NCBI GenBank assembly: GCA_040285855.1
Contig: JAUFOQ010000003.1
Location: 1,798,001-1,862,000, forward strand
Direction of reading: 5' to 3'
Length of the DNA: 64,000 nucleotides
From: Eukaryota sp. GEM-RC1
Lineage: Eukaryota
The notes beneath the pieces were generated by a model, which was not told the origin of the DNA, searched no databases, and saw only the letters and a list, made by a program, of their open reading frames with translations. Made by a program: the position numbers and the translations under genes. Positions 46,201-57,668 of this stretch are shown here, piece by piece (within the stretch, counting starts at the first letter, position 1; each line of letters opens with the position of its first letter).

Positions 46201-46444
46201 CAACCCAAAGCCAAAATCAAGAGAGAAGAGAGAATGGATTCACCCCCATGGCTTACTAGAGTGTAAGAGTGAACATTGTCTGGGAGAAGTCAAGAAGCGA
46301 TTGAAGGGGGATAAGATAGGGCATACAGTGCCCAGTCAAATGTATTGGAATCGCAACAAGATGGCTTGCTTGAACATGATGAACATGTTCGAGCATTGGA
46401 TGAATGGTAGTGATGAGAGAGTAGAGTATCTGAGTAGAAATTAG
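43262..46444 (+). CDS. PolB-type DEDDy 3'-5' exonuclease fused to Fanzor1-like (TnpB-derived) RuvC nuclease; one in-frame TAA at 43709
   Basis: Exo motifs IIDIET, IGHNIFNFDLP, YCLHD; Fanzor motifs LYNVIPL..PIDT, VTDGIS, VYVDIGKRD, LCIGDLG, NDERNTSSKCPEC..CKSEHC, WNRNKMACLNM. Confidence 0.88.
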
Positions 46445-46520
46445 TTTTATTTTTGTTAGCTGGCCGGTGAAACCCGGCCATATTTGGTTAAGTCCATTGT
46501 TATTTGTCATACCCTCATGA
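46445..46520 (+). ncRNA. Candidate Fanzor omegaRNA scaffold / right end
   Basis: GC-rich hairpin TGGCCGG-TGAAAC-CCGGCCA (46461-46480) 16 nt after the Fanzor stop in otherwise AT-rich DNA; position matches known Fanzor/TnpB loci; extent unknown. Confidence 0.5.
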
Positions 46521-47580
46521 ACATTGTTCGAAAACACACATGTGATTCAAAAAAAGTGACGTGTGGACACGGTGTCACTGAAATGGTGTGAATTGACCAC
46601 TTCAATCTTTTCCAGAAATTTAGAATTATTAGAACGTTTACTTTTCTTTTATCTAACGCTTTGTTATCTCTTGGTAGACCGATTGAGAATACGGTAGGTG
46701 AAAATTTCCAAATAGGCAATCTGGACTTTGAGGATATTGATCATTAGATGTAGGTACAATGTAGTATCGTTGTCAATAAACACCAGCTTCATAGAAAACA
46801 TGTACTACTACTAAGTACTGTAGTAGTCTGTATGTTGTTTATAAAATTTTGTTGATCAAAAATATGTCTTTTCAAGATTTACAGTTCTGCTTTCATTTCA
46901 AACTGACAATGTCTCTAGATTCAATCCAGATATTGAGAAATAAGATAACGAATTAAATTACCGCCATCTGCAAGAAATTATATTCATGAGTGTTGATCAA
47001 TAAAGATCGTTTTATCAGTAATGAAGTTTTACAGGTCGTAGTGGAAGAGTAAATTTGTTTTTCCACTCAAACCAATGTATAGATATGATGATTTCATTTT
47101 GTCCAAGTTGTTTGGTTAAAAATACTTTTCAGAATTGAGTAGTTCGTTTCAAAGTTTGTTTTAATGGATTGTATTTATAATTAATAATTATGTTGTGTGT
47201 TGGTCTCAGCATATAAATCTGCTTTTTAACAGCCAGAAGTTCGTGAAAAGTAACGACAAAGGTAGAGTTCATGTTTTCTGTTTAAGTCAATCATTGTCCA
47301 AGAGTATGGTGTCAATCTTTAACAAAATATCTCTAGATACTGAAAAATTCTTGAATCACTAAATGGTGTACACGTGTCAAGGATGACGTCATCAAGACAT
47401 AGTGTGGAGTAGTTTAAAACTAAAAGGTATATTGTTCTTACAATCTGATGAAGAAATAATTTGATAAACTATGAAAAAACTGAACTTTATGGAGCGCTTG
47501 AACAACTGCTCTTGAACAGAAAGATATTAAATAAATCAAAAATCTCAGCAAAGTCGACTAATATTAAAAATCAACTCCAC

Positions 47581-49734
47581 TTAAAACCTAACATGACCCC
47601 TACCTCGTCCTCTTCCACCTCTACCTCTAAAACCTCCTCCACTTCCACCACCTCTTCTTGGATGTCCTTGGAAGAAATCTTGTCCACGATCTTGTAATCT
47701 ACTGGAGAAGTTGCCTCTACGCTTATGTCCGTCATTTCTGGGCTTGGGTTTAGTCTTTGGCTGTTGAGATTCATCTTCTTCATTAATCCAATTAAGTCTC
47801 TTCATGAAAGCCATTGGATCTCGGAAAACCTCGCTTGAATCGCTAATGACACTTGAGCGATCAAACTCGTGATCAGACTCCCGACTTTTTGGAATTTTAT
47901 TTTTGGAAGATTCTTTGCAAATTTCAGCGACATCGACTTCATCATCAATGCTTTCTAAATCATCGACAAACTCTTGATCTTCTTCGTCTGACAATAAATC
48001 ACCTTCAGACAGACTCTGTAACTTGATTTGATTTTTGACCTTTGCGACAGTTGGATCTTCTTGGTCAATCAAATGTGATGACGTTTTTGATTGACTCAAA
48101 AGAGGCAAGTTAGTTGAAGAATGGAAGCATGGCTTGGGAACCTGTCGTTCCAAAACTTGAAAAGTTGAAATATTTTCAGAATTTAACTGTCGAACCGATT
48201 CACTCTCGCCCCAAAAAGCATCAAAAAGATAATTTTGACTTGGAATCGGAGACGTCATCGGTCTTGCAGAGTCCTGAAGAACTGAAACACGGCTTTTCAC
48301 CGGTTCATCAGTTAAATCCACTCCCAGATGTTTGACAATCAAACTACACACATAACTAGACTCGCGTGATACGATTGGAGGACAAGGTCTCAACAAATTA
48401 CACAACTCATCAGGAATCATTGGTTGTTTAGTAATAATTTGATACAAATGCTGACGTGGACAAACGTAGGTTAAACTCTCATCTTCTGACCTTGCCGTGC
48501 TGTCTCTCCACTCAAATAGAACAGAAACTAGAGGGTGGAGGGAAGGGGGAAGATCAGCGAAGAGAGGATCTTCACGCCAATGTTCTGGGTCAAAAATAGA
48601 GTTTTCCCATCGAATCAAGGAGATGTCACGTGATCGCTCGAATAAAACTTGAATAAAAGAGTTTTCAGGATCGTTTTGGTGTAATGAAAGCAGGCAAATG
48701 TTCTTTAAACCTAATAGAAAATGACTTTCTGACCTGGCAAGTGAAATTGAAGAAGGAGATAGGGGTCGGATTCTCCAATCAATCATTTTTGATTGAGATT
48801 TGGGTAATTCAACCGAAAAGTGTTTTTTAACTAATTTAGATAACGAATTTTCTTTAAAATTTAAAATATTCACAGCCTGATGAAGGTCCATTAAATTAAC
48901 CATGTACAGACCAAAATCCTTCTGTAAATGAGGTAGACTATTCTCACAGTAAAACATTACTTTTAATAAATTGGGATTAGTAAAAGGTTCTAAAAGTAAA
49001 TGCATATAAGTGCGTAAAGCCACTGTATCCAATAGATAATCTTCATTATCCATGGTAATTGACATTAGACATACGAAGCCATAGAAGGACCGTAGTGAAT
49101 GTTGAGCTAAAGAGACAGCAATGGAACCTCCATCAACAGCCTTCTTGTTGAGAATAGCAACAAGAGCTTTGAGGTCAGTTTCAGTATCAATCCAATGGAG
49201 TGGGGATTCATGAAGTGGAGAGATATTGGGAGAATCAGTGAAGGAGAACCAATGCTGAGTAGGGTTGAGTACGAGGAGAGGGGAAGCGAAAGGGTGGGGG
49301 TATGAGCCATCAGGAAGTGGTGTAAGATGGAACTTGACCTTGGGGACAAAGACTTTGGAGGCATTGTTGACGTCAGCAGAGTGAGCAGGTTGTTGGGGGG
49401 TCGAAGATGGATCTGGAGCTGAGAAAGAGGTAAACTCACCATGACGTTGTTGCCTATGAGGGGCTTTCAGAGCCTCAATGGCGGTGGTGATTTCTTCATT
49501 CAGAGTAGCAAATAGATCTGAAATGTCGTGATAAGAATTTATTGATTGCTCTGTGAAAAGTGTGGATGATCTAGGAGAAAACTTAGAGACAATAGAGTTG
49601 GAAAGACTAAGTATTTCATCTGAAGTTTCAGTAGTGGCTTGTCTAAAGTTTGGATCAACTCTGGCAAGTTTGTAGTCTGTTCCAGAGGGCAAGGAATTGG
49701 CCTTTGCAACACATTGCGAAGCGGCCTTGCGCAT
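47581..49734 (-). CDS. RRP6: Exosome component RRP6/EXOSC10 homolog (PMC2NT, RNase D-fold, HRDC, RGG tail) with degenerate active site
   Basis: YPHPF, HWIDTE..L, QHSLRSFYGFVCLM, FTNPNLLKV, LQKDFGLYMVNL, DWRIRPL, WRDSTARSEDESLTYV; true start may be ~49787 via a shift. Confidence 0.9.
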   Translation of the reverse strand: MRKAASQCVAKANSLPSGTDYKLARVDPNFRQATTETSDEILSLSNSIVSKFSPRSSTLFTEQSINSYHDISDLFATLNEEITTAIEALKAPHRQQRHGEFTSFSAPDPSSTPQQPAHSADVNNASKVFVPKVKFHLTPLPDGSYPHPFASPLLVLNPTQHWFSFTDSPNISPLHESPLHWIDTETDLKALVAILNKKAVDGGSIAVSLAQHSLRSFYGFVCLMSITMDNEDYLLDTVALRTYMHLLLEPFTNPNLLKVMFYCENSLPHLQKDFGLYMVNLMDLHQAVNILNFKENSLSKLVKKHFSVELPKSQSKMIDWRIRPLSPSSISLARSESHFLLGLKNICLLSLHQNDPENSFIQVLFERSRDISLIRWENSIFDPEHWREDPLFADLPPSLHPLVSVLFEWRDSTARSEDESLTYVCPRQHLYQIITKQPMIPDELCNLLRPCPPIVSRESSYVCSLIVKHLGVDLTDEPVKSRVSVLQDSARPMTSPIPSQNYLFDAFWGESESVRQLNSENISTFQVLERQVPKPCFHSSTNLPLLSQSKTSSHLIDQEDPTVAKVKNQIKLQSLSEGDLLSDEEDQEFVDDLESIDDEVDVAEICKESSKNKIPKSRESDHEFDRSSVISDSSEVFRDPMAFMKRLNWINEEDESQQPKTKPKPRNDGHKRRGNFSSRLQDRGQDFFQGHPRRGGGSGGGFRGRGGRGRGRGHVRF

Positions 49735-49790
49735 GGAAGAATTACTGTTTTGTTGTAATTTCCTTCGATATCCAGACTTTTAATCATTGA

Positions 49791-51029
49791 ATGCAGCTAC
49801 TCATCTTTTATGGGCTTGTAGCAACATTAACTTCCTTCATTTGCTCCCTTCTGGAAGCCTCTTTTCTCTCTCTCGATACAACCTTTATTGAAGGCGAAAG
49901 ACAAAACGAATCTAACAACAAACGAAGAAAAACCTTAGCTGAGACAGCTCATCACATGCAACAGAATCAAAATCGACCATTAGCAGCTATACTCACTTGT
50001 AACACTATTGCAAATACGATAGGAGCAACGGGCTTCGGTGCAGAGGTTGAACTTCTATGGCCAGGAGAACGCTTCTATGGAGTTCCAGCTTCCGTTGTTG
50101 CTGCTGCTCTTTTCACTCTCATTGTTCTTCTCTTTGCCGAGATCCTTCCTAAAACTCTTGGTGCTCTATACTACAAGTCTTGTCTTGGATTAACAGTGAG
50201 AACTATCCAATTTTTGACTGTTTTAGTGTACCCCATGGTCTGGATCTGTGATAAACTAGCCAAAATGTTTCCAATGCCTGCCCCAGCCTCCGTCTCTCGC
50301 GATGAACTCTTCACAATGGTCCAAAAGTGCTCAGATGGAGGTGAGATGTCAGAGAAAGAAGTTGGAATCATTAGACATCTCTTCTGCCTTAGAACTATCA
50401 AAGTAGCTGACATTTGCACTCCTAGAACTGTTATCACTGGTTTTCCTGCTCATTACACTGTAAAGCAGGCTCTTGAAACTAAGGCTTTTATTCAGTTCTC
50501 TAGAATTCCGGTATTTCGATCCTTCCCAGATGATTGTATTGGCTATGTGTTGTCCTCTTCTTTACTTAACAAGGCGGCAGTTGGGGAGTACCAGACGTGT
50601 GTTACTGGTTTTACTCGTGATTTACATCCTATTTCAGAACATTTATCGGTGGCTGAAGCTACAGAGAAGTTTCTAGATACAAAACAACACATGATGAGAG
50701 TGATTGGTGAGTTTGAGGAGACAGTAGGGCTCATCACGTTAGAGGATTGCCTGGAGACGTTGTTGGGGGTTGAAGTGGTGGATGAGATGGATGTTGTTGT
50801 TGATTTGAGAGATTATGCTAAGAGAGTAGCTAAAGATCGAAGTTCTAGACTTGCTGATGCTACCATTGGGATGCCTTTCCATTCAGAAGAATCAGAGAAA
50901 GTCAAGGAGGGGGTTTCTGACGAGTGTCGTAGAGATTCTATTGCTGGAGTTTTGAGTCTGCGGAGAGGTTCAACTGTAGAGAATGAGAATGATGATCACG
51001 TGTATCAGTTCAAATCCAATGAGAAGTAA
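49791..51029 (+). CDS. DUF21/CNNM + CBS-pair membrane protein (CorC/HlyC family, metal transport)
   Basis: SFICSLLEASFLSL, AILTCNTIANT, FAEILPKTLG, DICTPR, FSRIPV, GLITLEDCLETLLGVEVVDE. Confidence 0.9.
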   Translation: MQLLIFYGLVATLTSFICSLLEASFLSLDTTFIEGERQNESNNKRRKTLAETAHHMQQNQNRPLAAILTCNTIANTIGATGFGAEVELLWPGERFYGVPASVVAAALFTLIVLLFAEILPKTLGALYYKSCLGLTVRTIQFLTVLVYPMVWICDKLAKMFPMPAPASVSRDELFTMVQKCSDGGEMSEKEVGIIRHLFCLRTIKVADICTPRTVITGFPAHYTVKQALETKAFIQFSRIPVFRSFPDDCIGYVLSSSLLNKAAVGEYQTCVTGFTRDLHPISEHLSVAEATEKFLDTKQHMMRVIGEFEETVGLITLEDCLETLLGVEVVDEMDVVVDLRDYAKRVAKDRSSRLADATIGMPFHSEESEKVKEGVSDECRRDSIAGVLSLRRGSTVENENDDHVYQFKSNEK

Positions 51030-51212
51030 GTGGATTTAGTTTATTTTAGAGTATTTTGGGGTGAAATGGGTCTATCTAGATTTAAAGTATGTGTGATTTT
51101 ATCAAAAGATTGTTGTTTCATTATTGCGAATTGTTTTCCAATTTTCTAAAAATAACTAAATAAATAGTCTGTTTTATTTCTCAAAGAACAGTTGGTGGTA
51201 AATCACAGATAC

Positions 51213-51774
51213 CAGGGATGTCTAAAAAATGAACCGTAAATTAATTTCCTTAACCAATCCAACCCGTTAATTAACTTCCGTAACAATTCAAAACCGTATA
51301 TTAATTTCCGTAATTTATCAGAAAGCCATAAATGACGTCCTGGAAGCGCATAAATACTGTAATTTCAATACCCAAATCTTTTGCTCCAACATTACACCTT
51401 ACTATCAAATAATAATTTCTATCTATTCTTCAGAGCTGGATCAAATTTGAACTTGTGTCTTGCGTTTCCATACTTTCCTTATATGCTCAAACACTGTAAC
51501 GAGTCCTTATCTCTTGTAGTAATCCACACTTAAGCAGGTTCTGATCTTCCATTGCATCATTTGTAATTACATTCGTGACGTTTCGAGTGCATAAATTTTT
51601 GAATATTTGAGATTGATTTTAATGTGTATGGATTTTATTAGTAACAATTTCCGTAAATTAATTTCCAACACAATTCAAAACCGTAAATTAATTTCCTTAA
51701 TTCTCAATTTAGGATATTTTATGGAACCAAAATTAAAAATAAATTTACGGGGAAATTAATTTTTGACAGCCCTG
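51213..51774. mobile_element. hAT-type MITE
   Basis: Ends CAGGGATGTC...GACAGCCCTG; flanks ACAGATAC/GTAGATAC; CCGTAAATTAATTTCC subterminal repeats. Confidence 0.8.
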
Positions 51775-52142
51775 GTAGATACATCAAACCATTTTAAAAA
51801 TACTACATATTGACAAGAGTTTGAAGTTGATGATGATCCTTGCTTATTGGTGCAGATTAAATCTATAGGTAAATCTGTGATTTTCTCTTACCAAATGAAG
51901 AATTGAGATTGAAAGACTAATAATATATGTTTTTCATTTCTGAAAAGTTGATAACACTACAATAGTGAATAAAAGCAATAGTACAACTCATATCACTGGT
52001 AATTTAGTAAGCTGTATCAATAAGTAAACCTTTTCTGTGTAAGAGTAGTTATATTACCCAGAGTCTGGTTGGGTCCCAGACCCAACCTCTACATTCATGT
52101 GAATCAAAAATTAACTTCAAAATCCTTACCAACACTTCTACT

Positions 52143-55108
52143 ATGACTTCCGAACCCGAGCTCGAAGCTGGTCTCATTGTTCAACTAAAGTTCCAGCACT
52201 ATAAAAGTGTCACAATCAGTCTGATCCCACTTTGGCTGGTGATGCTCTTCGTGGGGGTCGCAACTCTCTTGTCTTTGTTGCCCTTGGAGTCTTTATCAAT
52301 CTATTAGCCCGCTTCTCCTCTAGTTCGTTGGCTCAACTCTCAGCAAAACTACTTTCAGTAATTGCCTACTTTATATACCTACTCTTTCAGTTCTCATTTT
52401 TCTTCACCTCCATTTCCTTCTCCTCTCTAGTCTGGCTTTTCTACTTCTCTTTGTTCTCAGCTGGAACAGCCACACTCCTTTTCCTTTCTTCCGATCTCAC
52501 CTCTCTCTTTCCAGTTGAAGCCCTATACCTCTTAGAAAAGGCTCTCTTTGCCATCTCATTTCTCTCCTCCATCCCTGCAGCTCTTCTTATCGACGCCTTC
52601 TTCCTCTCAAGATTCCTCATCAATACTTCTCTTTCTGCACCCCTATCTCTCATCATTGTGATCGTCTTCGTTCTATCTCTTATATCTGGTAAGACTTCTT
52701 CTTTTAGGCCTGACCAACCAATCTTTAATAAGGTGCAACAGATGGTGGTAGATGCGTTGATTTATGTTTTGCCGGTTGTTTCTTTGGTTATTCATGGACC
52801 ATTGTATAATTTAAGAGGTTTTGTGTTGATTCTCAGTCTAAGTAGTGTTGTTCATTACTATTTTGGGTCAAAAAGAGTTCAGAAAGTCTTGAGAAGTCCT
52901 CAAAATATTGAAAATTTCATGTTGTCAATATTTTCTGAAATCAATTTTGGTCTATTTTTCCGCTTTATTCTTCCCTTTTCCATAGTAACCGGCTTGTTTC
53001 CAGGTTTATTCTCTGAGAAACTATCAAACTTCCGTGTTTTCCTCATAGTAATCATATTAATCACACTAATTCCTCTTCTTCTAAACCTTGTCAATCGTAG
53101 CAAATCATCATCCAGCCCATCCCAATCAAAATTGATTGCTGTCCTCACGGGAGTCCTCGTTTCCCTCCTCACCTTTGCTTTCTTTGGAGCAACTTCCCCT
53201 TCATCAGCCTTCTTTGTTACCTTTTTAGGTTCCTGTCTAATTGGTTTTTTGTTCCTGTTTGTATTCGAGTGTTCAGTTAATAATACTTTAAAGAGACATT
53301 TGAATCTCATTACTGTTTTTTCAATTGGAGCTGTTTATGCCCTTGGAGTGATCAAGAGTTGGCTCTACTTTAGTCACTTAGAATTGATTGATGGATTCGT
53401 CATTATGTTGATTCCTGTCCCAGTAGCAGTTTCCATTGGATTGTTAATCAAGTTTTCTTTCGAGGATGAAGATGGCGAGGACACTCATGTAAATGATTTG
53501 TTGGTCTTGATTTTGAGCGCATCTTTGACTTTTGTAGAAAGTCTCTTAAAGTCTTTACCTCATGAACATGCTTTGTTGCCTTCGGTTTTTGTTCTTTTAA
53601 CAAGTGCAATCTTCTGTTTCTTAGCAGTCTACCCAAAGCTCAGGACCAAAATCACCCCAATCACACGTGCTTTTTTGATCTCTTTAGGAATCGCAAAACT
53701 TATTCTCGCCATTCCTGTTTATGGACTGTTTGGTGACGTTTTTGATTGGTTCTTGAGAGTGACCGTTCTCACAATCACTGTGATTGGGTCAATAACTGAC
53801 TTGGAAAAGGTTGCAACCACTTATGAACTTGTCACTCAACGCTTCTTCTTTTCCTTCCTCGCTTCGTTCTGTGTTTCGTTAGTTCTACTTCCAGCTTTGT
53901 TCTTTAACTTTACTGGAGATCCGTTAACAATGAAAGGGTTTTTCTATTCCTTAATTGGAGCTTCTTTTGGATTCTTTTTTATTTCTACTTTTAGTTTCTT
54001 ACCTTCTTTTGCTACTTTTGAAAGATTTGGAGATGCTGGTCTTGAAGTTATTAAAAAAATTCGTAAAGTTTCAATTATTGTACTTTTGGTTGTTGCTTGT
54101 TTGTTTATGATCCATTTTGCCACTCCTGCGTATTACATGGATTCAGTGGAATTCTCTAAAGCTTTTATTCTATTTGGATTATTTGTTGCATTTCTAAATA
54201 TTTGTAAATTTGGATCTAAATTTTCAGATCGCTTTTCAAGACCACTGTTTAAATCACCACGATTTAATATTTCTGTTAAATTTTTAAATTCTGTGGTATT
54301 TTGCTGGGTTGTCTATAAGCATCTAGTATTTGAACAGGAAATTGAACTCGCGTTCTCACTTTTAATTCTATTTGGCCTTTTCTTCTCAGTATTGGCTTTA
54401 TTCTCGTCTCTCCCACATTATTTTTCAAATATTTACATTTCAATTATTCCAAATTTCTTTTCTTATTGGATTTCCAGTGTTTGCTTCGTTCTTTCGTTAT
54501 TTAAAGCCAATTACTTCCCACTATTAGTAACATCCGCTTTGATTATGTACTCATTACAAGTTCTTTCAAGTAAAACATTGAAAAAATCAAAACAAATATC
54601 TGAAGAATTAATTGATATTTGTCTAATCTTAAGTAACATTGAATTAATTTCCCTCTTTGTCGTCTGTACTTGTTTTGTTACAGTATTTTTCACTGGCTTT
54701 TCAGTAGAAGTTTTTCTAATTGCCTTTATTATGGCTCTCATGGATCCCTTTGATAACAGTGAGTATTCATTTACAGATTACGCTAAAATTGTATTGAATT
54801 TCATTCCACTAGCAGGAATTCTGTCGTTTGTTTTTGACTTGGATATGTTTGTGTCACGGTACTTGCTGAATCTGTCTATTTTGATTGGTCTTTCGATTTG
54901 GGACATGTTTATTATTAATTTTTATTTATTTGAATCCAAAAAGATCAACCAAATTGTTGTATTTTCCAGCAGTTTATTGTGTTTGATTGCCGCCATTTTA
55001 ACAAAGTCTTCAACGATAGTTATTTTTTCTGTGCTTGTTGTTGTTAAAACTATTACCGTTTTACTGCGAAACCGTGAAACTCTAGTTTTAAACACTCGAT
55101 CAGATTAA
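52143..55108 (+). CDS. Large polytopic membrane protein (weak resemblance to the NEF1 family); shift near the 5' end
   Basis: 958-codon hydrophobic ORF with over 20 apparent TM segments; ATG at 52143 lies in another frame; family assignment tentative. Confidence 0.7.
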
Positions 55109-55409
55109 TAAACAATTTAGATTTGACACATCATTATAAATATTTTATATACAGTCTTTTTTATATTTCGAGATTTCATTCATTGATTGAAGTCTGTAAC
55201 TACTCCAAATATTGATATTTCAATACAATTTCAAGAATCATTGAACGTTTCTTTTACTACATCACGTTTACAGATTTGAGAAGGAATGAAGTTGACTTTT
55301 TTACAGTAAAAACAGAATTTTAAAGTTTGAATTGGTGTATTCATGTTCAGTAAGTAAGTTGATAGTGATGAGTAGACATACAGGAAACGGTAATAATTCA
55401 ATTAATTAA

Positions 55410-57668
55410 TTAAGCAATATATTCATAGATGGGATTATTCCGAGCTACTATACCGAATTCATTCTCGTTCAATTCCTTAGTACAATAATCTTCCTCTTGA
55501 AGTGACTCCAATGTCTGCTTAAAGAAATCCCGATCAATAATGAACTTATTAATTAAAATATCTTGAACTCGCTGCTTCAGTTCAATAAAGGAAACACGGC
55601 GATCTGTTTTCAAAACTCTTACAATGGCTGCCCTTAGCGAAACAGTTCTGGATGCTGCCAGAACTGATTTTTCCTAATTGTTGAAAGTACATCAGACGTT
55701 GGAAGTAAGGAAAGTGTGGGCATCGAAGGTTTAAACTTTGGATTAAGTAAAAACACATCTTGAGGAGCAAATTGTGCATCATCTTTGGTTGTTGGTTTCT
55801 TGCTGATTTTACCAATCACCATAGTCTCGTACTTGCAATTTAGACACCTACCTGTTGTGTTAGAGGCAGTTCTACAGACACTACAAAGTTTAGACTTTTT
55901 GTTACACTTTCTTTGTAACAATAGTGTTAAAACGTCATCTAATGTTTTTTCATCCACTCCAGACTCTTGTAATAAATAGTGGTAAGAAACTACAAACTTA
56001 GGGTGTGACCTTAATAACAATAAGACCTGGGCTTGTGGTAGCAAGCACCGGACAGTTACAGGAGAACCATACAAGGAAGTCTGTAAGTGAACAATAGAGG
56101 TTGCAGGAATTAAAGTAAGATTTCGAGCAGGAAACTTGCTATCGTAGAATGTACGAAGGTTCTCCCACGTGGATTCGAACTGTGGTAAGAGGCGGCAAGA
56201 ACCAAGATCTAAAGTCCAATCTTTTGTTGAACCAATAATGACTGACAATTGTTGAACTCCTGGAGTTGGAAAGTTGAGTTGAGAACTAAGTTCTTTAGAT
56301 ACATTCTTAACGTCACTAATCATTTGAGTTGCAGTTCCAAATTCATCTTCAAAAGTGGTTTTAAATTTGTTCAACACTATCTCTTCCCTTGCGAACTTCT
56401 CTTCTGTATAATCTTGGGATAAAAGTCTATTCTGTAACAAAAGACTATGTGTTGTATAGAAAGCGTCAGGTGAGGGAAGAAAGGGAATTAGGCAAAAAAC
56501 TGACTCAAATAAAACAACAAATTCATCGTCAGAGATTTGACTTTCAGTAGCACATAGCAAATGGTGGACATAGTGAATCAAAACTATTGCTATATCCTCA
56601 TAATGATCAGTTTTAAACACTTCACGGAAAGTCTTTTCTGCAAGCTCAGAAAAAACCAAGTTACGAAGAAAACACTTTGGAACAACTTCATTAAAGTACA
56701 ACTGACAAAAGGAAATTAGAGGTTTAACAAAATCTTCGACAACTTTCCTATTATTGAGCTGTAAACGTGGCACTTCTGATTGAGTCAAAAATGATACTAT
56801 CGCTCCCTTAACTAATGATTCGAACTGATTGTGAAACTCTGCAAAGGGTGGATTAAACCATAGAATTGTTCCAAAAACTTTAAATTTTGTTCAGAATCAA
56901 TGTTAATAATCCAGTTTTGAATAATTTGAGGATCATCAAAGAAACTTGGAACATAAGGTATTAACATCGTATTATGTACAATTTCCTTTGTTTCCTTTAA
57001 AAATCTATTCTGTAACTTGAGTTCACACAGATTTTGAACAAGAGACATTGAATCATGAACCTCTTGAACATACTCATGCAATGGGCGTTGAATATCTTGG
57101 GCAGCCTTTGCGGTATAGTAGGATGTAAGAAACTCTAGAAAAGGAAGTTCAAAGATCTCACGGAAGAGAGATTGGTTCTTAATTGAAAGGAGGAGGTTCA
57201 CAGTGGTATCCAGGGTATTGTCTTCGTCAACAAAGAGATTAAGGATGTTTGAGAGTCTATTTTTGAGAGATTCTTTGATCTTTTGGTTGAGATCGGAGTG
57301 GCCGTTATACCCGAGTAAGCCGTCGAGGAAGGAAGACTTACAGTCGTCTGCAGTTATGTTGACCAGGGAGAAGAGACTGAATATGTGATGAGCGCTGTTA
57401 AGGACTACTTGCCATCTTTCAGCAAGAGTTGGTAGAAGCGTGATTCTTCCTTTATGCTGGAGAAGATACTCACGAGAGGATTGTCCGAAAAGCAACATTC
57501 TTTCTCCCAGAAAGTCCTGAAGTCTATTCCCTCCAGTGGAAGTTAAGAGAGAATGGACTTTGTCGTGAATAAGACGATAAGAAACACCAGACTTCTTCTT
57601 TTCTAGGATTCCTATTACAGCAGGATCAAAGGAGTAGTTCCAGTCATAAAAAGGGAAGATCTGCGCAT
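55410..57668 (-). CDS. Divergent cullin, copy 1 (frameshifted)
   Basis: FELPFLEFLTSYY, DAFY..LLQNRLL, QMISD, FYDSKFPARNLT, AAIVRVLKTDR..LESL..EDY neddylation domain. Confidence 0.82.

Larger units (their letters stand above)
40279..46516 (+). mobile_element. Fanzor-encoding element (2A - 2x Ulp1/SENP8 protease - PolB-type exonuclease - Fanzor RuvC); boundaries approximate
   Basis: Same-strand chain of ORFs 40708-46444; begins where the actin fragment is cut; flanked by TGT(T/C)ATACCCTC at 40281 and 46505; hairpins near both ends. Confidence 0.75.

Noticed and set aside
43262..46444. Polinton or viral DNA polymerase B
   Set aside because: Only the exonuclease motifs are present; no polymerase palm motifs, integrase, ATPase or capsid ORFs, and the C-terminus is RuvC with a zinc finger.
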